Shown here piece by piece: positions 27,001-39,800 of a DNA stretch of 64,000 bases. Below the pieces are notes generated by a model. It was not told the origin of the DNA. It searched no databases and saw only the letters and a list, made by a program, of their open reading frames with translations. Source of the DNA: Haplodiscus bocki (taxonomy: Eukaryota); the NCBI GenBank assembly GCA_965655095.1, contig OZ296650.1, positions 35,464,001 to 35,528,000 of the forward strand, read 5' to 3'. The first letter of the stretch is position 1, and every line of letters begins with the position of its first letter. A program made the translations under genes and the position numbers.

Positions 27001-30000
27001 AGCTTCAATTTTGCAAGGCAAGTCAAGTCTGAGGTACTTGGTTGAGTCATTTGTTGACGATTTAGTGGGTTTCATGCACAAATTTAAAATTAAAGACAAA
27101 ATTATTTTTTCTGAAGGTTTACATTGGCGCAAACAGCTAAACCGCGCAGCGTTTGTCAGTTTAGAATCAACGTTGTGTCGGCAAGCAAAAAATCTTGACT
27201 TTTGAAGACGAGTGTGTCAGGGGAGAAGAGTCCGATCAATCACAACGTTTTTTACAAACGCAAAAAAATCAACATATTGATTAGCAGGGTCTTTTGGAGA
27301 GATTTTGAATTTTGCCTCCTGGCTTCGGCTTCAACAGCGCAAACTGCAATCCAAACTTGGTAAAAAAAACAACTGGTACCACCACTAGTAATTGAACGAG
27401 ATGTTGAACCAAGAGTGGTCAAAAAAGTTGATCATATTGTGTTTTTTCATCTTCTGAGATGTTCAGTTGCTGGCTATCGTGAGTTTTCTCAGAAGACAAA
27501 AGACCATGGTTTCTCTCTGAAAGCCTTTCGAAAATGACTGGAATCGAATTGTTTTCTGGATGTGAAAACCTTGATGACTAGAAAAACCCAATAAATCTCA
27601 CTTACTGCATTCTCAGGCATATATTAAAAAAAATGAGGAACTATAACCCTCTTGAAAAGAACTATTGAGCTTCTCCAAGCCGATTAGACGGAGCCCGGAG
27701 TACAATGAATCACTATCCAAACTGAAAATGAATAAGTCACATCTGTTGGAACGAGAAACATACCAGTACTTTTTGACCGTGTGAGAACAAGAGAAAATTG
27801 TGCACAAATATAAGAATGGGGTTTTTCCGACCACTGAACCCATCCCACGTGCCATTGACTCCTGGAGGCGAAAAAAGTGTTTATGCCTGGTGGAAAAACA
27901 AAATTCATGCTTTTGTCAAGATCCTCCCACTGAAGCTAAAAGTCTTCCAGATCAGACACCTGATACTCACTAGCGTCCGTCTGTATTGCGCCTCTACATA
28001 AGTTTTTTTCCTGGTGCATCTACTTAAAAACTTGCTGGTTGGGAGTAATTGGAACTCTCGCTTTCTGGGTGTCTAAAAGGTCTTAACTCTGCTGAAGTAG
28101 CAGATTCTACGCAGCGCTGGATTATTAGTGGTCGGATCCGTGACTGACGAGCTTGCGACAAAAGTGTAAGCAAGCGCTCTATTTTCCAACGTTTGTAACA
28201 GAACAAAAGTCATACTTGCCATTTCCTAAATTTCGCCGTCCTCTTTAAATCTCACCGCTGCTCTAATATGGTCAACTCATCAAGAAAGATCCGAATGAGG
28301 AGCGACACTTTCAATTTGTCATATATATGTTTTGACGTTTTACAACACAACGTGTCGCAACTACGGGGATCTTTATCTAGTGAACTGCATTTTTTTGAAT
28401 GTTGACAATAGATAATCGAAAGCTTTCAAGAACATAGGAAACTTTGACTCTCAAAAGCTTTGTGTGTGAGATAACTTTATTAGTTGTACTGATACCACAA
28501 GTTGGATAGGCAGAAACGTACATGATTTTCATCAATTTCGTCCAACTTGAAATTAGCTTCAATTTTGCAAGGCAAGTCAAGTCTGAGGTACTTGGTTGAG
28601 TAATTTGTTGATGATTTAGTGGGTTTCATGCACAAATTTAAACTTGGAGACAAAATGATTTTTTTAAGGGTTTACATTGGCGCAAACAGCAAGTCCGCGC
28701 AGCGTTTGTCAATTTAGACTCAACGTTGTTTCGGCAAGCGGTGAATCTTGACTTTTGAAGACGATTGTGTCACAGGAGAAGAGTTTGATCAATCACAACG
28801 GTTTTCACAAACGCAAAATAATCAACGTATTGATTAGCAGGGTCAGTTGGAAAGCTTTTGAGTTTTGCCTCCTGGCTTTGGCTTCAACAGCGCAAACTGC
28901 AATCCAAATTTGGTAAAAAAAACACCTGGTACCACCACTATTAGTTGAACGAGATGTTGAACCAAGAGTGGTCAAAAAAGTTGATCATATTGTGTTTTTT
29001 CTTCTTCTGAGATGTTCAGTTGCTGGCCTTAGTGAGTTATCTCGGAAGACAACAGATCATGATTTCTCCCTGGAAGCCTTTAGAAAATCACTGGAATCGA
29101 ATTGTTTTTTGGATGTGAAAACCTTGATGACTAGAAAAACTCAACAAATCTCACTTACTGCATTCTCAAGCATATATTAAAAAAATGAGGAACTATAACC
29201 CTCTTGAAAAGAACTATTGAGCTTCTCCCAGCCGATTAGACGGAGCCCGGAGTACAATGAATCACTATCTAAACTGAAAATGAATAAGTCACATCTGTTG
29301 GAACGAGAAACAAACCAGTACTTTTTGACCGTGTGAGAACAGGAAATAATTGTGCACAAATATCAGAATGGGGTCTTTCCGACCATTGAACCCATCCCAC
29401 GTGCCATTGATTCCTGGAGGCGAAAAAAGTGTTTATGCCTGGTGGAAAAACAAAATTCATGCTTTTGTCAAGATCCTCCCACTGAAGCTAAAAGTCTTCC
29501 AGATCAGACACCTGATACTCACTAGCGTCCGTCTGTATTGCGCCTCTACATAAGTTTTTTTCCTGGTGCATCTACTTAAAAACTTGCAGATTGGGAGTAA
29601 TTGGAACTCTCGCTTTCTGGGTGTCTAAAAGGTCTTAACTCTGCTGAAGTAGCAGATTCTACGCAGCGCTGGATTATTAGTGGTCGGATCCATGAGTGAC
29701 GAGCTTGCGACAAAGAGTATAAGCAAGCGCTCTATTTTCCAACGTTTGTAACAGAACAAAAGTCATACTTGCCATATCCTAAATTTCGCCGTCCTCTTTA
29801 AATCTCACCGCTGCTCTAGTGTGGTCAACTCATCAAGAAAGATCCGAATGAGGAGCGACACTTTTAATTTGTCATATATATTTTTTGACGTTTCACAACA
29901 CAACGTGTCGCAACTACGGGGATTTTTATCTAATGAACTGCATTTTTTTTGGATGTTGACAAAAGATAATCGAAAGCTTTCAAGAACATGGGATACCTTG

Positions 30001-32759
30001 ACTCTCAAAAGCTTTGTGTGTGAGATAACTTTATTAGTTGTACCGATACCACAAGTTGCATCGGCAGAAACGGACATGATGTTCATCAATTTCATTCAAC
30101 TTGAAATTAGCTCCAATTTTGCCAGGCAAGTCCAGTCTGAGGTACTTGGTTGAGTCATTTGTTGATGATTTAGTGGGTTTCATGCACAAATTTAAACTTA
30201 AAGTTAAAATGATTTTTTTAAAGGTTTACATTGGCGCAAACAGCAAGTCCGCGCAGCGTTTGTCAATTTAGAATCAACGTTGTTTCGGCAAGCGGTGAAT
30301 CTTGACTTTTGAAGACGAGTGTGTAACAGGAGAAGAGTCTGATCAATCACAACGGTTTTCACAAACGCAAAATAATCAACATATTGATTAGCATGGTCAC
30401 TTGAAAAAATTTTGGATTTTGCCTCATGGCTTCGGCTTCAACAGCGCAAACTGCAATCCACACATGGTTAAAAAAAACACCTGGTACCACCACTAGTAAT
30501 TGAACGAGATGTTGAACCAAGAGTGGTCAAAAAAGTTGATCATATTGTGTTTTTTCATCTTCTGAGATGTTCAGTTGCTGGCTTTTGTGAGTTTTCTCGG
30601 AAGACAGCAGACCATGATTTCTCTCTGGAAGCCTTTCGAAAATGACTGGAATCGAAATGTTTTCTGGATGTGAAAACCCTGTTGACTAGAAAGACTCAAC
30701 AAATCTCACTTACTGCATTCTCAGGCATATATTAAAAAAATGAGGAACTATAACCCTCTTGAAAAGAACTATTGAGCTTCTTCAAGCCGATTAGACGGAG
30801 CCCGGAGTACAATGAATCACTATCCAAACTGAAAATGAATAAGTCACATCTGATCGAACGAGAAACCTACCAGTATTCGTTAACCGTGTGAGAACAAGAG
30901 AAAAATGTGGACATATATGAGAAGGGGGTCTTTCCAACCAGTGAACCCATCCCACGTGCCATTGATTCTTGGAGGCGAAAAAAGTGTTTATGCCTGGTGG
31001 AAAAACAATATTCATGCTTTTGTCAAGATCCTCCCACTGAAGCTAAAAGTCTTCCAGATCAGACACCTGATACTCACTTGCGACCGTCTGTATTGCGCTT
31101 CTACTTAAGTTTTTTTCCTGATGCATCTACTTAATAACTTGCTGTTTGGGAGTAACTGGAACTCTCGCTTTTTGGGTGTCCAAAAGGTCTAAACTCTGCT
31201 GATGTAGCAAATTCTACGCAGCATTTTGTTATTTGTAGTCTGATCCACGACTGACGAGTTTACGAGGAAAAGTTAAAGCAAGCGTTCTATTTTCCAACAT
31301 CTGTAACAGAATAGAGGTCATACCTGCTCTGTTTCCAGTTTCAACATACTCTTTGAATCTCACGGCTGCTCTAATGAGGTCAATTCCTCAGAGCTTCGAA
31401 TTGTCATGGAATTGTTATGACGTTTTACAACGCAACGTGTCTCAACAATGATGAACCTTGTCTTGTGAACAGCATTTTTTCGGACTGCTTCCACAGACAA
31501 TCAAAAGCTCTACAGGAACATGGGAAAATTTTACTATGAAATCATTTGTGAATAAGGTAGTTTTATTAGTTGTATCGATACCTTTAGTTGGATCGGTAGA
31601 ACTGTTCAGAAGTTTCATCAATTCCGTCCAACTTGAATTTAGCCTCAAATTTGCAAGGCAAGTCCTTTCCGAGGGACTTGGTTGAGTCACTTGTTGATGC
31701 TTTTGGTGGGTTTCATGCAAAAATTAAAGTTTACAGACACGATGATTTTGTTGATGGTTTACAATTGCGCAAACATTAAGTTCACCCATGATTTGTCAAT
31801 TTTCAATCAACGTTGTTTCGGCAAGCGGTGAATCTTGACTTTTGAAAACGAGTTTTTCAACGGACAAGAGTCTGATCAATTTCAACGTTTTTTACAAACG
31901 CAAAACAATGAACGAATTGATTTGCAGGGTCAATTGGAAAGATTTTGAATTTTGCTCCTGGCTTCAAATTCAACAGGGCAAACTGCAACTTATACTTGGT
32001 AAAAAAGCACCTAGTACGACCAGTATTAGTTGAAGGAGATGTTGAACCAAGAGTGGTCAAAAAGTCTGATCAGTTTGTGTTTTTCATGTTGTGAGATGTT
32101 CAGTTGCTAGATTTGTTCATTTCAATCGCAGGACAACAGGCGTTGATTTCCTCCAGAAAGCCTTTATGTCAACTGGTATCAAAAATCTTTCTGAATGTGA
32201 AAAAAATTATGATTAGAAGAACTCAACAAACATCAATTACTGCCGTCTGAAGCTTACCTTAAAAAATTGCGAAACTAAAACCCTCTTGAAAAGAACTAAT
32301 GAGGTTCTGCAAGCCTATTATACGGAGGCAGGAGAACCAATGAATCAGTATCAAAATTGAAAAGTATTGAGTCACATCTGATTGAACGTCAAAAACGCCA
32401 GTACTTGTTGACCGGGTGAGAAGACAAAATGTGCACAAGTGTCAGAATGGGGTTTTTCCAACCACTGAACCCATCTCTCGTTCCATTGAATCCTGGAGGC
32501 GAAAAATTGTTCATGTCTGGTGGAAAAACAATATTCATGTTTAAGTCAGGATGCTGCCACTGAAGCTTAATGTCTTCCAGATCAGACACATGATACTCAC
32601 TTGCATCCATCTGTTTTGCGCTTTTACTTGAAAGGGATTCCCGCTGCATATACGGAGTAACTTGCTGGTTGGAAGTAATTGGAACTCTCGCTCATCAGGT
32701 GTCCAAAAATTCTTAACTCTGCCGAAGTAGCAGATTCTACACAGCCTTGGGTTATCTGT

Positions 32760-35700
32760 AGTCGGATCCATGATTGGCGAGTTTGCGAGAAAGAGTATAA
32801 GCAAGCACTCTATGTTTCCACAACTGCAACAGAAGAAACGTCATACTTGCTATGTCTCCAATTTTACCGTACTCTTTGAATCTCACCGCGGGTCTAATGT
32901 GCTAAATTTATCAAGAGAGCTCCGAATGAAGAGCGACACCTGGAGATTTGTCGAGAAAGTTTTATTACGTTATACAAAGCAAAGTGTATCAAATATGGAA
33001 AACTTTGTCTTATGAACTGCTTTTCTTCGAGTTTCTTCAACAGAAAATCAAAAGCTTTTCAAGATCATGGGAAAATTTGACGCGTAGGTTAACTTTATTA
33101 GTTTTATCAATACCGCAAGTTGGATTGATAGGAACGTAAAAAACTTTCATCAATTTCTTCCAACTTCATATCATGTCCAAATCCGGTAGGCAGGTAAATA
33201 TTGAGGCACTTGGTTGAGTTACTTGTTAATTTTTCAGTGGTTACAATCACAAATCATCGTTTATAGAAAAAAATGATTTTTGAAGGTTTTCAGTGGCGCA
33301 AACAGCAAGTTCACACAACTTTTGTCAATTTACAATCAACGTTTGGCAAGGGGTGAATCATGACTTTTGAAGACGAGCGTGTCAACGGAGAAGAGTCAGA
33401 TTCATCAGAACACTTTTTACGATCGCACAAGTATCAAACCTGTTGATTTGCAGGACCAATGGGAAAGATTGTGAATTTTGCTTTCTGGTTTCGGCTTCAA
33501 CAGGCAAACTGCAACTTAAACTTGGTAAAAAACAACCTGGTACCACCACTAGTAATTGAAGGAGAGGTTGAACAACTAATGATCAGGAAGGTTGATCATT
33601 TTGTGTTTCTCAAGTTCTGAGTTTTTCAGTTCCTAATTTTTTGGGTTTTTATGGAGAACAACAAGCCCTGATGTCTTCATGAATGCTTTTAAAACGACTG
33701 GAATCAAAAAAACTTCTGCATATGAAAAACTTCATGATTAGAAAAACTCAGCAAATCTCATCTAATGCCTTATGAAACTTACTTTAACAAAATGCACAAC
33801 CATAACGCTGTTGAAAGCCTGTTAGGCGGACGCAGGAGAACCAATGGATCACTACCCTACTGATATTGGTTTATTCACATCTGGTTGAACATGAAAAAGA
33901 CCGGCACTTGTCGAACGTGAGAACAAGACAAAATATGCACAAGTAGAGACTTTTAACGCAGTTGTGGAAAAAAGTGTTTCTAATGTTAGTGACCATGTGA
34001 CTGGTTGTGAATTTCTAGCCACAGTAAAGAAAACTGATAGCTGAATACTTGCACTGTCATAAAACAATCAAAAGTTCGTCTTCAAAAGTCAACTTTCTCA
34101 AAAACTTATCCCTTGACTGAAATTGACAAAGAAATGTTGTAGAAAGTAGAAGCTACGGTTAGTGGCACTTCAATTATGATTAGACGGAAAACTATTGCGT
34201 AGGAGACTCTTGTTTGTGACTCACTAAGCATGTCATAGCTTCTTGATGAAACTGATGCAGGTTCATTCTGCCCTATTCTATGTTTCAAGCGATTTCTACT
34301 GAACTATGGACCAGATGGTACCACAACTCTGAATCTGGTGAGGTCGAACCACGTCAAAACAAGACGATAGTCTCTGGAACTATGGTAATGTCGGACTTTC
34401 AGAGAGTCAAACGACCGTGTGAAATAAGGAACTTCTGCATCACGGGCATACATAAAAAACGCTTGTGTCTTTGATGAGAACGCTTTTGTACATAAAAAAC
34501 GCTTTTGTGCGCACTGTAGCAATGTGCTTCAAGCTATGGGATACCTTTGTAATTTTCATCTTTAGCAGCAACCTCGTCCTTTTCTCACCGACGGAAAAAA
34601 GTAGAGAGGTTTAAAAAAACAGTTGGATGAACTACGGAAACATATATAGAATGAAAGGCCTCTGACGTTTTGCAGGTGTACGAATGTGATTGTTGAAAAC
34701 TGTGCAAGGCACACTGTTTTGTTAACAAAATCTGCGCGAGTCTCTGTACTACAAAATGATTCTCAGAGAACGAAGACTTTTGAAAGGTGTCACAATTAGA
34801 AGTCCTTTTGGTGATATACAGTAAAACATTGAGGTGCCAGAGGAATTTGGGTAGGACTTACCAACTTTTCCACCATCCCTCAAGAACATTTATGTTGGTG
34901 GAGTTGACATTGGTTGGCCCATAAAAGAAAACAATAAGAGAAAAACTTTCAACTCAGCCGGGAAAAATGCTGATATAATGCTTTTTCGCGGATTTTGGAA
35001 CAGTCCTTACACTATTCTTGCTCCCTTATTAGTATTGCGGCCTGTTTGCAGAAACGTGATCATTTTTTGCAGTTTTTTCCAAAGAAATAGTCCAACGACT
35101 TTTTTCAGTTTTCATGGGAAGATAGAACAGAGGCAGGTGCGAATTCAAACTCCAGTAGAGCGCTTGAGACAAGGAAGTCACTAGTTAACATTTCCTAGGG
35201 TTACCAGAACATGAATCGGTGTAGGGATACAGTAACGATGTATATCATGGAAGAAAAGAGGCATGGTGCCAACAACCACAAAAAAGTTCAAATGCTTGAG
35301 TTATACAAACTATCCAATATATGAGGTACAACTTAAGTAGTCAGCATTTGAACTCAACCGATAACTGTAGGATTTTTTTCCGGGAATGTTCAGATTTGAG
35401 AATGCTATTTCTTTACTATGAGGTTTTTCGACAAATTTTGCGTTGTTACAAGGTTTGAAAAATGGAAATGGATACAGATTGCTCCACTCTAGCATAAGCC
35501 GATCAAAACTTGTATGATTGTAGCTGACCAACATTTAAAATGGAATAGGCTTCCCTGAGAAACGGATATTTCATGGAAATCTTTTCTGCCATTGCAAAAA
35601 CTAATTTTAATCCTCATATTTGCTGCACTAAGCATAAAAAACACAATAAACCACAACTGGAACTGTGCAGGGAAAGTTCCACAGCACTGAATTGATATGT

Positions 35701-35965
35701 CTGTGCAAGAAAACGTTTTGTTGTAAGATTCTCTGACTGATAAATTCAACAATAACAGTAAATGGTTGAATAAAGAACGCTTGGAGATTGTGGGTACCCG
35801 GTACGAGAAGTAATGTCAGAAAGTGTTCTTGAATTGTCAACCAAAAGAGGTTTTGGCTCATTTGAACATACTGTCTTTATATATGAGCAACCAAAAAAGG
35901 GGTTGTTTTACATTCATTCCAAAAGCAAAATTCCGCAAGATAGACTACACACTTATCCCCTTTAT
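32760..35965 (+). pseudogene. Polinton/Maverick protein-primed DNA polymerase B pseudogene (terminal array copy plus single-copy 3' remainder)
   Basis: Collinear decayed motifs: MIGEFARKS (32770); motif A-like ETDAGSFCP (34248); MFQAISTELWTRW..SESG..EPRQNKT (34280); motif B-like ETRKSLVNIS*GYQNMNR (35166-35219; KxxxNSxYG); motif C EMDTDC (35465-35482; DTDS); C-terminal YEQPKKGLFYIHSK (35882). Many stops and frameshifts. Confidence 0.85.
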
Positions 35966-36325
35966 AAACAATTATAGCCAGTTCACTTTTAGGTTTCATT
36001 CAATACCATTTACAGAAAGTTGTTTCTTCAGTGCATTTGAACTAATTCACACTTTTAAACCTTAGTTCAATCTTTTTACGTACCATTAAGTCTTAAGAGC
36101 TTCCGCAGACCAAATTATCTATCCGCAGGCGTGTTGTTTAACCACAGTTGTAAAGAACTTCCCGCCTACGTCCTAAACAATTTGGACGGGACACCGGCAA
36201 ATGTTCAAAAGAAATTTTCCCAAAAGTCTCACTGTGCCGATAATGGGAAACACAATTTCAGTTTCCTACCTCAATTCAATACCTAAATCGGGCTAATTTC
36301 CTTATAAAACTTGGTTATCGCATCT

Positions 36326-36422
36326 CTTAATACAATGAATCGGACTCCCAGCTTGAACACACTCAATCGGACCCCCTATTTCAATACGTTGAGTCGAACC
36401 CCCTAACTTAAAACCCTGAGCC
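36326..36422 (+). repeat. Short degenerate ~27-bp tandem repeat (3-4 copies)
   Basis: CTTAATACAATGAATCGGACTCCCA / CTTGAACACACTCAATCGGACCCCCTA / TTCAATACGTTGAGTCGAACCCCCTA / CTTAAAACCCTGAGCC. Confidence 0.55.
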
Positions 36423-36834
36423 GTTTTTAACACTATCACATGACACACAGGAAGCCATAGCCAATCTTAAAACTTTACTGAACAGAAGCGTATCAAAAAA
36501 CAGAACTGGAAGGCCCCGTTCAAGTTCCATGGTCTATTACCTATCTTAAAGAATGCAGGGGCCTCCATCTTTCTGCCCTCCACCTAACTGACTTTTATTC
36601 TTACTACTCATACAAAAGTACTGGCTCACTCATCTGGAGAAATGAAAAACAGCTCAAGCCAAAGAGTTGATTCGCTGCAACCTGTGCAACGCAATTATGC
36701 ATTCCACAAAGTAGCCTTGGTCGCACGCCAATTTCGCTCTGGATTGCCATAATTTGTTTCACTGTTTCAAAGGACCAGAGGCCCGAAAATGAATACATCA
36801 CCGCATCCAGACACTCCTGGATGTTTTCCACTTT

Positions 36835-39800
36835 ATATCAAACATTTGATTTTGGTTTCACTATAACTGATTGCATTACCAATCTATAACCCTCCACAGT
36901 TCCATTGTTGGCAAAAAGCATAATATCACCTTGTCGTCCTTTGAAAAGGAGGAAACGTTAGGTGGAAAACAACGTCAACCCAACAAGTAGGAAAAACTGT
37001 TTTCCGAACTTCTTGTTTATATGTATTCAGTTGATTGATTGAAACGACACCAGTGTTTCACTTGTAAAATTCATACAGAGAATAGCGGGGGGACAAAAAT
37101 GAATCCGTGGTATTACTTCAAAAAGACGTCCGTAATCTGGAAAACAGGCTGTACGAGTTGTTCCTCAGAAAATCTGGGCCGAACATTTGTGTAATCAACT
37201 GGATTAATAGTTTTTTGATTAAACGTATAGTTCTTCTATTCAAGAAATTTCTACGTAGGTTCCAAAAAGCAGGAAAATTTGGTCCATCGAATTGGTTTGT
37301 GCAAAGATTTTTAACTTAAACCTCACTTATGTCTACAACTAACTTGAATGGAAGGGGCTTGGTGATTTTGATTGGAATCCGGAATTTTTCAGAAAAAAGC
37401 GTTATTTTTTCGCACCCACCGAACGCCGAAAATACTTGAAGCAACTTGAGGTTGCGGAGTTGTTCACACAATAAAGTGAACAAACTCGTTTTTAGAATTG
37501 TTGCAACTGCATCGTGGGAAAAAATGGTATTTTTTGGAATGGCAAGTCGCTGGCATCTGTAACAAAAAAGAAAAACCCCCGAGCTCTGCTCAAGTCGTTT
37601 GGCAATCTTAAAGCCAAATTCGAGCAAAATGTAGCAAATATCTTTTGTTTTTGACTCCGGATCATATGGCCTCGCCTAATTATGTGTTGTTAGTAAATCC
37701 ATTGTAATGTTTCAGGAAGTGAACTGAGATTTTATACCGTTTACTCACGAAACAACAGCGTCAGTAAGAGAAGTATAAACGGTTTCGCAAAATCTCATGG
37801 ATGTTTCAGGGTGATCTACGGTCTTGAGTTGGAGAACTTACTGACACCTTGAGAATCTTTGCAGGACTTTTTTTAACCCGTGAAGCTGAGAACCGCAAGC
37901 ACACGCTTTTAACTGGGACGACTATCAAGAAATCAAAACCGTTCCCTCTTTCAGAGGATGTTTTATTAGCAGCAAGTGTACTTTGGAAAATATTACCTGC
38001 ATTCATGAAGAAGTGAAAAAAAGTGTTTCCAGGAAACGTAGTGGCTGGACATTTTCAGGAATTTGTTGGTTGTATCCACTGAACTTTGGTTGAAAAGTGA
38101 GTTATTTCCTTCACTTTACGCAATAGACCAGTTAAATGGACTTCACTTTTCTGAATCCAGAAAGATAACCGCGGTAACTGACGGAGTGCACTTGATCTGG
38201 TCTCATCAATTAATTTTACCATCCTCAGTGTACCATTAACAGATGCTCAATTGGATTTAATCTTTGATTTTATAAAGATACCAGTTGAGTTGGGGAATTT
38301 AACGGTTAATCGGAGTGAGTATCATTTTAGAATGAACTTTTGACTTTCCACCAGCCAAATCAAGTGGCGCAGGACAAAGTCGACTAGAAAACATTGAAAC
38401 CTTGTGTTTAAAAAGGGAAACGGTGACTGCAGCGAAACGCTCTGTGCAAATTCGATTGGAGATATGGATCTAACTGGAGGCGTATCAACGGGTTATCAAA
38501 ACTTTTCTACAAACCTTGCATCTCGTAGCAAGCTGTTGGAATTGAAACAACAAAGAATCATCACTCACGACCATCTTCGTCACCTCCCAATTTTGCGGAG
38601 TCAAAACATACACTCTGCGAGAACTGTTGACAAAAAAAATGTTAAGGAGAAAGTGATGAGTTCTCTTTAGCCTCCAAGAGTTCTCCAGAACAGAGACAGT
38701 CTTTCATTTGTTTATTGTATTGAAATTTTGTGCTAAATCAAAGAAATCGTTGTTTTGGCCGAGTAATTGGACAAAATTCTTCCTTTGAACATTGGCAGCT
38801 TTCTCGTTTCTTGTTTTTGTTCTGCAGACCATTTTAAAATTTTCTTGCTGGTCAGCACTTTCCATTTGTTCTCCGGACTATTGGTGTCCTTATCTGTTTT
38901 TGGTAAACCCTGCAAGTGTTAGTGAGGTGTTATTCAGGGTGCCGCAGAACTAACCAAAGAAAAACCTCTGATGAAACGAGTATCGGTAACATTGACGTCT
39001 GTCGATAACATCAAGACAAAGAAACGACTTGAGCTATCGCAGCAAAAACTTCGGATAAACAGATGATTGTTTTAGGAAATTCTCATGTCCGATGGGCTCA
39101 GTTGGAACTGAAAGAAGAACAATTGCAGAACGAGAAAGTTGACTACAAAACCTGCTCGGGTATTCAGGTAGAAATACTCCTTTCTTTAGTTAGGTACATT
39201 TCTTCCTAGAATTATTTAGAAGAACAGTTTCAAAAGAACGGTAGTTTGAAAGCGAGAGGTCTTTTAAAAGAAAAGGATGACTTTGAGGTACAAAAAGCTG
39301 ACAATATGCAGGGAGTTGAAACCTTTTTCCAACACGATGTAAAAATTACTAACACGTTGTAAGAATTTTGTTAAGAAAAGACAGACGAGACACAGTTTAA
39401 ATTCGTAATCTGGGACTTTGAAAAATGTAGCATTCAAAATTGGATGTCTACTAACGTTTCTGTTTTGGCGTCGTATATTCTGATATGGCAAACAAAAACT
39501 AAAAGTCTGCGTTTTTACAATTTACTGTTTGAATGAACAAATTTCGTTATTGCTTAAGTTTTGCCAGCAATTTTCCATCCAAAAACTGAGATGATGTAAA
39601 AACTTTGATTCGAAAACCGACGATTTGTAAAAAACTACGATCAATTAAATTTTGGAATCAAAATCTGACGTTTGTAAAAGGATTCGTGGTGCAGAGAAAG
39701 TCTTTCTGAAAAAACACACAAATGGCAGAAATTGGCAGCTTCACTGACTAGAAGGAGTCAGGACGAGGTAATTGAAAATTAAAGTTTTGTCTAAAATCTT

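Larger units (their letters stand above)
1..33944 (+). repeat. Tandem macrosatellite, ~1555-bp unit, ~22.3 copies in window (open at left edge), derived largely from a Polinton pPolB pseudogene
   Basis: Marker GTGAGAAC recurs at ~511, 2067, 3616, 5172, 6002, 7558, 9117, 10673, 12229, 13783, 15339, 16890, 18448, 19999, 21555, 23114, 24673, 26229, 27783, 29335, 30890, 32418 (variant) and 33919. Homologous short ORFs recur with the same period. Periodicity ends at GCACAAGT|AGAGAC (33944), where the other copies restart with GTCAGAATG. Confidence 0.98.

Noticed and set aside
1-33944. CRISPR array, rDNA/histone tandem cluster, or multicopy small-protein gene family
   Set aside because: No short repeat with unique spacers and no rRNA or histone similarity. 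The many 60-118 aa ORFs vary in start, stop and frame between units and are by-products of a decayed repeat.
1-33944. Pure assembly artefact
   Set aside because: Units carry many distinct substitutions, subfamilies and a divergence gradient, which artefactual duplication would not create. Only the near-identical pairs remain open to doubt.
36604-36831. 75-aa minus ORF (MENIQECLDAVMYSF...) as a gene
   Set aside because: Short, non-ATG start and no recognisable domain. It may be a Polinton accessory remnant but cannot be supported.
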